NCBI RefSeq assembly: GCF_009834535.1
Contig: NC_045698.1
Span: forward strand, 11,720,001-11,784,000
Reading direction: 5' to 3'
Source: Camelus ferus
Taxonomy: Eukaryota
Length of the DNA stretch: 64,000 bases
Shown: positions 11,531-22,694 of the stretch, piece after piece
How the letters are laid out: the number at the start of each line of letters is the position of its first letter
How positions within the stretch are numbered: the stretch's first letter is position 1
The notes under the pieces: generated by a model
The model's input: only the letters and a program-made list of their open reading frames with translations
Database searches by the model: none
What the model was told of the DNA's origin: nothing
Program-made: the position numbers and the translations under genes

Positions 11531-14500
11531 TCCCTTTTTTAATCACACAGTTTGTTTTCCATTGAATTATTACCATAAATCTAGAATTACCTAGTTTATT
11601 TGCTTATTGTTTACTATTTGTCCCTCATCATCAAGAATTTAAATTTTAGAAGCAGAGGTCTTACCTGTTTTAACAAACTGTGTAGCTCTAGAACATAGAG
11701 CAGTGCCTGCAACATGGCAGTGATTAATTTATTGAATGAGTGAAAGAAAATCAATAAAAAATATTAATTATTTAATTCATAGTAGGAAAAAAAAAAGATG
11801 AAATATTTTATTTTACTTGACATGAGTAAGATCATCTTCTAAACAAAAAAAAAACACATATTAATCCATTGTTATGCCCTGTTATATTAATAATCTCTAT
11901 GCATTCATCATCACTTGGCATTGAAACTTTCCCACAAGCAATTCAAAGAATGCTTGATGATTTTCTCCTAAAGTTTACTGTAGTAGAGCTTAATCATGTC
12001 CAAAATGAACTAAGATATTTCTGTCACAGATTTTATTTTATGTAATGTATACTACCTTCAGTCTTAGGAGGGTGTAGGTCAGAGAGAAGAGGCAGACAGG
12101 AGGTAAGGAGATTCCTTCACCAAACTCTCCAAAGAGGTTTCAATATCCTTTCCCCATAGTCTAAGAACCACGTGTCACTCAAAGCTACCCAAAAAGTTAT
12201 GGTACAATTATTTGTAATTTTGTTAGCTTAGCATTTTTCTACTACTTCTCAAATAGCTGAAAAGTCTTGTCTAGATCTGAAGATGCCTTTAATAGAAACT
12301 ATGATTTCTATTATTAAGTACATTTACATACTGCCATTAAGCATGACTGAGAGTCCACCGTGAAAGGTGAAGGACAGATTGGGAGGGGACTGAAAGATAG
12401 TTTTGCATTCAGGATTTCCTTTCATCCTCCAGGTTAGAGCTTGAGCATGCTTGGTCCTAGAGAACACAGTGTGGGCAAGGACTGTTACCCCCATTCACTG
12501 AGTCTTTCCCTCCAAAGAACTGGAGGTTCCCCAGGAAACTGCCCATCCACTTACCCCCAGTAAAAAGATAAGGGTAAGATGTTGTCAACAAGAGGAAGAA
12601 AGAGATTGAAGAAGGACAAGAGAAATATTTACTGAATGCTCAGTGTGTGCCTGGCAAATCCTGTGCTCTTCACTACTTTGCTCTCAAGGTTACAACTAAT
12701 TTTACCAAAATTGGGTAAAGCTTTTTATTTTCTTTATTTTTTTCTTTCAAATTAATAGAGAGGACACTAACATACACACTTATATTAAAGCCTGCAAATG
12801 TAGCATAGAAAAGAAGTTGATACTGGGGAGTGGGTGGGGAAGAGAAACGAGCATGCACCTCTGGTGGCTTCTGGAATATTCTTTCACAAGGATACAAGTA
12901 AAATCCTCTAATATTTGTGAGAGATGTTATCCTTCTTCAAATCTTTTTTTTTTAAATAGTCTAAACAACCAAAGGATCCTGTGTAAATTTCTTGAAATAG
13001 TTCCTTGTTTATTTGAACTATTTTGCACTTCAGAGTCATGACACATCAGTGTCAGGGCACAACTGCAAGTCCATATATAACAAAGGCGTGCCCAGAGGGC
13101 TCCTGAAACAAGAGCTTCACGCACATGGGGAGGGTCCCCTGGGCCCAAATTAAGCCTTGGCCACTTGCACATAATTAGCATACCAAAATGAGAAGTGAAA
13201 CCAAAAGGCGCATTAGGGCAAAGGAACTCTGTTCCTCTGTTAGGGGTACACTGCCCAGGTGTCACCAGCAAAGTGAACTATGTTGAAGAGATGACAACTG
13301 GAGAAAAAAAACAGATTTTCAGAAAGCAGCTTTCAGAACATACCACCCCTAAAAGGAGGACTGAATAAGAAATGTCTCCTCCATAAGTTCTCCTGTGGAC
13401 TTCACCTACACGGACATGCTTCTAGGTATTTGTAATGCCTTCCCAACACAACTGTTTCCAGTCCACCTCTACTTCTGTGGGACTTCATTTGGCTAAATCA
13501 TAAAAGCAGCTGTTGAATGATGAGTTATGGGCACCGGGAGGATGCTCAAAGAGCCAAGGATCCAGAAAGCACAAGGCACAGTGCAGTTTTTCTTGGCCCA
13601 GTCCTCCGTGTCTGCCATCCATTTACTTGTAATTGTAGGTGATTATCTCGTCCACTCCCTGCTGCTCTGAAGGGTCGGAAGCACTCCAGCATTGCCCTCG
13701 GAGTCCTCCAGCTCTACTCTTAGAAGGTCCAAAAATAGAACGAAGCTGAGTTTCCTTTGTTCCAATCCCTTCAGCAAACATCAGTCACATCACAGCAAAG
13801 CCACACACCAAGGCAAAGCAGGAAATGAGTAAAGGAGAAATAGCCTGTTCTCTGGCTGCATCTCCCTGCTTTGGAATACTGCACTCTCCAGTGGAAAATC
13901 ATTTCTGAAGTTCTGTTACAACTGTACAAACTGCTCATCCGGAAAAAAAAAAAATGTCACCTTGCTTTCAGCCAGGTGGCAGATTTCATACCAAAAAAAA
14001 GATACCCAGTAGACATTCTAAGCGGTTCATCTTTATCCATGATCATACAGTAAAACTTCCTACAAATTATTCAAATTCTCTGAACAAATGCTAGATGAAT
14101 TCCTTCAACCAGTGACAACCTCAAGAAAGTAAGTGTGTCACACATGGGTAATTTCACATTCAAGGAGTCTTTTTTCATGACATTTTATTTTTTGAAAAGA
14201 GCAGATATGTCTCACTGGAAGCTTTTTTTTCTTTCATTCTAGACTTTTAAAAATAGATCCTGCTCTTAAGACTTTTTCCTATGGTCTGAAGAATGGAACA
14301 TATTTTTCCCAGGCAGATTCAGAATCAGATTATCAGATCAATCTAAGAACAGGTTTAAAAATGATAGCCAGTGGATGGCTAATGTGTGGGAGATAAATGC
14401 AGCTTGATTTCCTTAAGTCATATTCTCACGGCAGAAATGTGAACATGCTGGTTCTCTCTACCTGACCAGAACACTCATTTCATTCATTCATTCATGTCAC

Positions 14501-16534
14501 AATATTCACTGAATGCCCATGAAGTGACCAAGAAAATCGATATTAAGCTACATTGAACTGTGTTACATAATATGTTCTAAAAATCTGTCCCACTCAAAAT
14601 GTTCTTTCTTCTATGGGCAGCTGATTAGAGGCATCAAGAAAGCAAAAAAGAGAAAGGTGTCAAAAGGAAAATACACTTAAAAAGAGCTAGAAAAATGTAA
14701 AAAAGCAGATCCATGTGGGGAAGAAAGTTCTGGAGAGCACCACCCATCAGGACCACATCAGCCTCAATCCTCTCTCCGTAAAGGATAAAAGCAAACACCA
14801 GCCCACAATGCCCTCAGTGGCCTCCGTCTCTTTTTACTACCGTCTCAGGACCACCTGGCTTTGAAGCAAACTGTAAAATCACCATACACATGGCCTATAC
14901 AGTAAATAAGATGGCTATAGTAGGAGACAAAGTGCAATTTCTATATTTTATTCACTAGAGGATCATTAATCTGTTCTAGTGAATAAAATGCAGACTTGAG
15001 TGTTTTAAGAATTAGTCAGCAAATGAAATAAAAATAATTTCAAAGGCCGGGGGTTGCCTCATGATGTGTTCTTAGTTTATTTAGACATTTTTAATTATCT
15101 ATAAAATATGTCAGTACATGCATTTAAATATTACACTTTACCATTGTTTCTCAGTTATTCAGGCATGCTGATAAAAAGCTTCCCCTCTGCCTGTTATTTA
15201 CTATTAAACCTACAGAGAATGTTAATAAGAGCAACAGTTAGAGAAAAAGTAAAAGAAATGGGGTGGCTTTGCCACTTCAACCAAGGCTGTATGCCTGCAG
15301 ACATTTTTAATCCATAAAATGCGAATACCTGAAGTATTTCAAATGACAGCAAGAATGCTGATAAAATTCATGCTCTGATGTTTTCTTAATACGTTTTCAA
15401 AATCACAGTCAGTTTTCAATGATAATTCGTCAGCTTCTTCTACTGCATTAGTGACATCATGGGAACAACTTAATCACTTCTGAAGGAAGAAAGCACCTCT
15501 TTCAGGACAGAGCCCCATTTAGTAAAATAATGATCACAAGGTCCTCAAGAAGTTCATTAAAGTTCTAAACGTTTTGCAAACGTTCTATAGCTCCAGAAGC
15601 TGTACCTTAGAAACATAGCCAAGATGAACCTACCTGGTGCCAACTTCCTCTCTAATTCCAAACTATCATGATAAATCCCAGGGTTTTAAGACTATGGATA
15701 AAAATAAAAAAGACTCTCAAAGTCCTCCTTCTTCCTAGGAGACCCTCCAGTCATTCTCACTGCTGTAAGAAGACTTGTTCCTGACAGCCCATCATATGAG
15801 CTTTAAGGAAAAGCAGCAAGGGGAATATAAACACAAGTGTTAGAGGCGAGCGAAAATGGCCAGGGCCCTATTATTATATGCGGAGGAAGGTGGCCCCCAT
15901 GCAAGTCTCCATCCCTACTCCTCAAGTCCTCTGCCAATACTTTCCCCTGGTGCTCCGAGCAACAGAGGAGGAAGGAAAGCGGAGGGATCCCACTGTTCGC
16001 TGTGACTGATGCTCAGCCACCTGCCTGTGCCTTTGTGATTGCCACTCAGGGAGCTCTGGGGCTTCTTCTGCTCACACCCCCCCCCAACCAACAGGGGTCT
16101 CTCCAAAGCACAAACACACATGGGTGCCCAATGACAATGCTGAATAGCACTGTCCTGTGCTTTGGCCTCATCAAAAGCATCTCATGACTCTGATTATGAG
16201 CAGACTTCAATAAAGACCCAGGGGGAGGGACACCTGGAGAATAAATATGTTCCCATGTGCTGAGATCATTATATCTTATTACATCTGACTTGTTAATATG
16301 CAGATGCATTCTTTATTATCAATAACAAATTTGGTCAGAAACCCAGGTGGGCTCTCCTACAAAAAGCAGGGAGTAAAAAGACAGAGGCAAAGAATGACAT
16401 GGAAAGAAGAGTCATTAATTTCATTTTGGTGGCAACAGACTGAAGGAAACAACGGGGACCTGTAAGCACTGTTGCTGTGAGCTAATGAAGGTCCCCATCT
16501 GTTAAATGACAAAACAGGTAAAAATAATCAGAGC

Positions 16535-16700
16535 CAACATTAAAATGGCACCTACTACGTGCTAGCACTACTCTAAGTACTTCATATGTATATATGTATT
16601 TAAACCTCAAAGTGTGTGTAAAATCGGTGCCACTGTTATTTTTTATAGATGAGTTGCCTGAGGCAGAAATAGTTGAGCCACTCTTCCAAGGTAGCATAGC
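16535..16700 (-). mobile_element. MIR SINE
   Basis: gcactactctaagtacttcat...ttttatagatgagttgcctgaggcagaaatag...caaggtagcatagcta. Confidence 0.7.
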
Positions 16701-17579
16701 TATTGCCTTCCATTAACATTCTGTTTTTCTATGTTTAGATTTTATAGCCCATTTCTTATAACAAGTTTAAAGTTTCCCATACAATACTTTATCTAGTAAA
16801 TGTTATCTCTTCAAACACTTCTATCTCTTGAAAAAGTACTGAAAGCATTCATAAACTTGAATATACTAGCTTAATTAGTTTAGAATATCACCAACATCTC
16901 AAAATAAATTTGGTCTTATGTGTTCTTAGATTCCACTAATTTTATACCATACTATGAGATTCAAAACAAAATTAGCTTTTACTCTTAAGATAACATTAAT
17001 GCATCATCTTGAATATGTTAATCAATAAAAGAGATTCTGCAAGTAGGTAGAAAGGTAAATGCATGTTAATTACTTCTAATGTCTTAATTAACTCCTACTG
17101 CTGATGATACAGTAATTAAGGTTTAAATATATAGGCTACATCATCAGTTTTCTACTGGGTCATGTTGCTGAGCATCACTAAAAATCTCACAAAATGGGAA
17201 GGTTTAGACACAGATTCTCAAAAAAATCTAATCTCAATGAGAAAAACAAGGAAAGCTAAGGTTTTAGACTCATTGCAACATATTTCCCTCATGCACACCT
17301 GCTTCCTGATTAGCTGCTCCGTTCCTTCTCTGTCCCCTTGTCCCTCTGAACACCAAGAGGTGCATCATGTTAATAATCACTTCTGAAAGTTCTTGAGGAT
17401 ATGTATCAAGCACCACTGATAGAGTAAACTCCCATACATTTTTTTTAACCTTCTTTATTTCTGAGCCCTGGGAGAGAAGAAATTGTGGTGCTGTTGACTG
17501 ATTTGGACCTGATGAGGACCAAATGCAGAGACCAGGGTAAGTTGATAGTGCCATTTTAGAGGCTCTCTCCCATGGTAGA

Positions 17580-18075
17580 TTAAAGGTGTCCATCCTCTTT
17601 AAAGAAGGGCAGATTCTAGAGGTGGAGTCTATTTTTCCCTCTCTTGAATCTGGTTGGTCCTTTGACTTACGTGAATCAAAGGAATTCAGCAGACATAAAA
17701 CCATGTCTGCTGAGCCAAAGCTGGGCCTTAAGAGATCTACAGCTTCCACTTTCACACTCTTGGAAACCAGCCATCATATTGTGAGACATCCAAGTCACAT
17801 ATAAAGAGAAGTGAGGTACCAGCTGGCAGCCTCTACGAGCTTCCAGCCAACAGCCAGCACAAACAACAAGTAGAATGAGTGAGCCATTCTTGGCTGTTCC
17901 AGTCCAGTCAAACTGATGGATGAAGTACAGCTCCAGAATGACACCACATGTGGAAAAGAACCTCCTAACTGATCTCAATCAACAGGTAGACTCTTAAGAG
18001 ATAATAAACGATAGTTGTTTTAAACCATTAAGTATTTTAAGGAGCTTGTTATACAACAATACAAGGGCTGAAACC
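17580..18075 (+). mobile_element. MaLR LTR (MLT1-type)
   Basis: gaggtggagtctatt...ggccttaagagatctacagcttccacttt...gttgttttaaaccattaag...ttgttatacaacaata. Confidence 0.75.
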
Positions 18076-18164
18076 CTGCTTGACTCAGCATAACACAGGA
18101 TAAGTTGTGATAGGCCCAGAAACTTCAGGATGGCTATGATGGAGCTGAGAACAGTTTCCAACTA

Positions 18165-18425
18165 GGGCAGAGTGGCTAAGATTGCGGACCCTAGACCCAG
18201 ACTATGCATCCTGGCTTTGCCTTCTACTATATAGAGATGTATGCAGTAGAAGTTACTTAACTCTTCTGTGCCTCAGTTTCACTTTGTATAAAATAGAGAT
18301 AATAATATTCTCTATCTCATAGGTTTGTTTTGAAGATTAAATATCAGTAGCATTATGTATAAAGCACTCAGAACAGTGCCTGGCACAAAGTAACTTTGGG
18401 TAAATGTTTTCTCTCAATGTTATCA
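18165..18425 (+). mobile_element. MIR SINE, near full length
   Basis: MIR core agttacttaactcttctgtgcctcagtttc...aaaatagagataataata and tail aaagcactcagaacagtgcctggcaca. Confidence 0.85.
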
Positions 18426-20794
18426 TTCAGTCTTTATTCTGCTCTGCGTCCAAGGAACCATATCTATGGGAAGGCTCTATACTTAGAACAAAGGGATATG
18501 GAAAGTGAAGGGAAGGCCATAACACCATTCCTGTTTGAGGAAATGCATCTCTGCCGTGCCATTAAAGCATGAATGTGATCAATGCTAAATCTGATTGGCC
18601 TCATACCAGCAAAGGAGAAAACCAAAAATCAGAGTAAGTGCCCAGTTATTGGGTCATCAATAACGGAAGTGCCAGACAATTAGTCAAAGTTTATCTGAAG
18701 ATAAACTATTCATATATATAACAATCTGCGCTTTGGGAACCTTATAACTGATTTCTGTACATTAAGAATACTGATATTTATATGCATATAATGTGGTCCT
18801 GGAAAGTTATTTTCTCAGGCATGATCTGAACTATCATCATCATACTCATATCAGCTTTGCTTCTGAATATTATTTTGTAGTTCACTGGAGCAAACAGATT
18901 AGGCCACAGGTTACGACAACGTTTGCAAATGTCATAATAAAATGAATCCTGAATGTGTCACAATACCAGGTTAGTTTTTAAACTTTAGTAGCTTTTTTCT
19001 TTTGAATTTTTGGTCATATCTTATACACACTGTGGGGAACTGCTTTTCTTAAAATAATTATTGATTGTCTTTTTAAAATGAAATAGAGTATAGTAGTAAT
19101 CAATTCATGTTGCTGTAAGATTAGAATTAGTAAATAGTACTTTTTGCCCCAAACTTTCATCTCTTCTCTGTTTTAAAATTACTCAAGGACCTATTTCTAC
19201 TTACTTCAAAATGAATCATCCCAAATGAATTAATATTTAGTGGCCATAAGTTAGAGGTTCTGAAATATTTAGCAATCTATTTCAGCTCTTGAACTGAAAT
19301 AGACTGGTCACAGCACTTCCAATGGGGCTTTTCACTGGAAACTCAAAGTTCTCCATTTCCCATCTCATATCTCTATTTATAAAATTATTGTAGCTTCAAT
19401 TATACTCCTCATGTCCTGCTATTTGAACATGGTTCCATCTGGTTTTCAAGACAACTATGATGGATCTATAAATTGATATTCAAGTAGTTCAATCAATTAG
19501 AGGTTCTGAGAACATGTGTCAGGTTCTTGCCTGTCTTCGGCATGATAACATCACTCATCCACATTAGTTATTTGCCTTCTTTCCAAATTATTTGTAAGCC
19601 TTAGGTCAGCTTGAGAAATTTCATACTTTCATTTCATGCCTGCTAATCATGCCTTAAATGATGACTATCAGAGATGCAAATTAATTGCAAACTATATGAA
19701 GGATGCACACATTAAAAACTATGAAATTTAAATTATTAATTCAGCTTCCAGGTTCCTTCTGAAATTACTAACAATTTCACCTATTTTATATTGCTCAATG
19801 CAAACTAAATTTGGTAATTTAAATAGAAACATGGAACATTAGACTTTATTACTTTCTTCCCCTCCTAACTGTTCAAGTCTCTCTTCTTTTTCCTCCCATT
19901 AGCTCCTTTGTCTCTGTGTTTTGAACCTACTTTTTTATGGCTACTAAACTTCAGCCCCATGTCATTATCCGATCTCATCAATTATACATTATTCTGCTTT
20001 AGTTTAAGGTGTCATTCTTAGTATTTTTTATCTTACATTCCACCAGTCTATTCCAAGGACCTGAATCAGTTCCACCATACAAACAAATAAGCAAACAAAC
20101 ACAAAAGCCTATTTCCCAAGGGTTTTAGTACACTTATGGGCATTGTGTTATTATGTGATTATATACAAAAAGTTTTAAGAGTATGTACAATTTCAGTAAT
20201 ATTATTGAGAGTAACTGTTCGGAATACTTCTGCATCCACTATGTAGTTGAACAGAGCAATGAATGAAAGTAGCTAAAATTTAACTGTGAAAAAACCTCAC
20301 ATGAAAAAGAAAGCCTAGTTAAGTGAAAAGAATGTTCAGAACTAGTAGGTTCAATCTCAGTTTCCAGACTAGTAACATTTTGCTTTACTTGAATCCATTT
20401 TCCATAAATGGAGTCATTTAGGGCTCTAATGCTTAAATTAACAAAATATGACTAGAATTAATTGTGTAACATTTCTAATTTAAAAAATTGACTTAATTGG
20501 GGTATAAGACATTTTACTAACTTGACCTTTTAGAAACAAAGATGAGGATAGTTTCATCAATAAAAAACAAATTGATAAAGGAAACCATTTGAATAAAACG
20601 GCTTTTGAGTTTCTCAGATAAAAGTGTCACAGATTTCTCAAAGCACATCTCTACAAATTCTAAATCTTGGTTTTACTGTAATTCGCATAAAATGTCTTAA
20701 GTAGCATATGTAAATATCCTTAGTAATAACTGAGCTCAAGTGCACTCATGTTTAGCAAAATTATTTCAGGGGGAAAAATGTCACAAATGTTTAC

Positions 20795-20950
20795 CTGGCA
20801 AGGTTGTTTCATTTTAATGGCTATGACATGGTATCTGTAACAGCAGAGTTCACAGGTCCAAGAACCTCTCTCACTAATCCACTTTAGCAAGCACAGCTGA
20901 TGTGTATACCGAACTGACCCATCGCATCGGCAGGGGTTTAACAGCTCCCC
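20795..20950 (-). CDS. MARCHF11: MARCHF11 coding exon 2 (52 codons): remainder of the RING-CH (C4HC3) zinc finger
   Basis: Acceptor TTTCCTTTTCAG|GGG and donor CAG|GTAAAC; 156 nt, phase 0-0. Encodes [52 protein letters not shown], which with exon-1 CKIC gives CxxC..CxC..HxxC..CxxC. Confidence 0.97.
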
Positions 20951-22142
20951 CTGAAAAGGAAACAACTCAGTATCATTATTTAGCTAAAACAAATCCAACC
21001 CTTGCTTTCTTTTCTTTCAAAGTCATTTACTCAGAAGGATACAAGCATCAGATTCTATCTTAGAAAATGAAATTAAATTTTTATACCTCTGATGGGAATG
21101 AAACTAAAGTCTTAAAACTATTTCAAAGATACTACTTAGAGTTATGACATAAATGTTCTACCAACATACAAAATGTCTGCAAGATATAGCTCCAAATACC
21201 CTTGGGGGAAAGCTGTACTATTAAATCTCTTTAATAACTTTTAAGTGGATGGTCAGATGCATTTCCTCTGCAGTTATTCTTGATCATTGCTAAAGAAGAA
21301 ATGCATGCCGTCCCAGAAAGTAGCTTGCAATAGCATTATGCTTTTATTTTTTCTAAATGTAGCATCATAAATATTGACTTAGGGCACTATATTCCTGAAA
21401 GCCTGCATATTCTTATGCAATTTCCTTACTTATAAGTATATTAAACCTAATGTTTTCTCAGACCACACATTTTGTGAGAGATGTATTATCGTGTTATTTC
21501 CATGATTACTCGAATATAAGTTCGCATGCACCTCTAATGGAGCTTATAATTTTAGAATTGTGTTTCTAATAAAATATAAAGTACATTGTTGGCAAAAAAT
21601 AGGCTTTCTTTCACAAGGTCAAAGTATATTTTTATTTCTCTTATGAAAAGTGTAACATTCTTCTCACATCAGTGAGACTGTCACCAAAATTTACAAAAAG
21701 GAAAGAAAGACTCTGCACTTTTTAGTTTTGACGTGACTCACCTCCAGTTTGTACCCTAAGGCTATCTGCTTCACGATACACTTGTAAATAAAGGACTATA
21801 GGTTTGTTTCTATGTATAAGCCAAAATCCATTTAGCAATTTACAAAAAAAAAAAAGTACTTATAGCATTATCATTAAAGCACCTGAGGAATGTGTAACTG
21901 CAAAACTAGGTAGAAAAAGAAGTGTACACCAAATTAAACACTGTGTTCGCCACCGGGACATTTTTATTCGCCTTCACAGAAAAGAAAAAAGAAACACACA
22001 GCAGCCGCCACTCAAGGACTCAGCGGAGAACTGAGCTGTGGGCGCTGTCCGTGGTGCTGAAAGGTCGGCAGCGCGAGAGGGAGCCAGCCCAGCCCCGACC
22101 GGAGCCCACCGCCCCCTGCCACGGGGTCCCGCCGGGCCTTAC
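20951..22142 (-). other. MARCHF11: MARCHF11 intron 1 (1192 nt, GT-AG)
   Basis: Canonical GT at 22142-22141 and AG at 20952-20951 with polypyrimidine tract on the minus strand. Confidence 0.95.
22041..22061 (-). promoter_or_regulatory. RE1/NRSE (REST/NRSF binding site)
   Basis: Plus strand ggcgctgtccgtggtgctgaa; reverse complement TTCAGCACCACGGACAGCGCC equals the canonical 21-bp RE1 consensus. Confidence 0.92.
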
Positions 22143-22694
22143 CTGCTCGGCGCCCTGGAAGCAGATCTTGCAGATGGGCTGGTGGTGCTGGTGCTGGTGC
22201 CCGGCGCGCTGATCTCCACCGCCGCTGCTGCTGCTGCGGCTGCTACATACCGAGCGCGTCTCGGGCTGGTCGCCGGCGCCCCTCCGCTCGCCCTCCCCGC
22301 CCGCGCCGGCCTCAGCTTCCCCCGGGTCGCCCTTCCCAGCTGCCGCCTCAGGGACAGCCGCCTCCGGAAGGCGCCTCGGACCTTCCCCGAAGTCGCCAGC
22401 CGCCGACACCTCCTGCCCCGCCGGCGGCAGGGGCAGCGGCGGTGGCTGCGGCAGCTCCTCCGCGCCCCTGTGCCGCGGGACCACCTCGGCTGGCGGCTCG
22501 TCGGGCCCCGCAGGGCGCTCGGGGGACGCGGGCGGCGCGGGCAGCGGCGGCAGGTAGCGCGGGGCCGCGGGGACCGAGGCCGGCTCTCCCGGCGGCGGCG
22601 GCGGCGGCTGCGGGGGAGGCGAAGGGGGCGGCTCGGAGTCCCGGCTCTCTGCCCCGTGGCGCCGACTGCCGCTGTGGCCGCCCTCAAAGCTCAT
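22143..22694 (-). CDS. MARCHF11: MARCHF11 coding exon 1 (184 codons): Pro/Gly/Ala-rich N-terminus and first two Cys of the RING-CH domain
   Basis: Minus-strand ATG at 22694 in Kozak-like context GGCACC-ATG-A. Translation MSFEGGH...[41 protein letters not shown] matches recalled MARCH11. Ends at donor CAG|GTAAGG; 552 nt, phase 0. Confidence 0.96.

Larger units (their letters stand above)
9740..11750 (-). mobile_element. L2 element split by an inserted L1M (about 10258-11530)
   Basis: L2 features at 9740-10250 (caaactcagatgtcacctcttcatagaagactttcc) resume at 11540-11750 (gcagtgcctgcaacatggc...ttgaatgagtgaa). Confidence 0.6.
1..20794 (-). other. MARCHF11: MARCHF11 intron 2 (partial; continues beyond the window's left edge)
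   Basis: GT donor at 20794-20793. No downstream exon encoding the expected WQSISITLVEK/TM segment is seen in the ORF track. Confidence 0.85.

Noticed and set aside
17270..17978. 161-aa and 100-aa minus-strand ORFs as alternative MARCHF11 exons
   Set aside because: They largely overlap an MLT1 LTR and show no similarity to the expected TM-containing exons.
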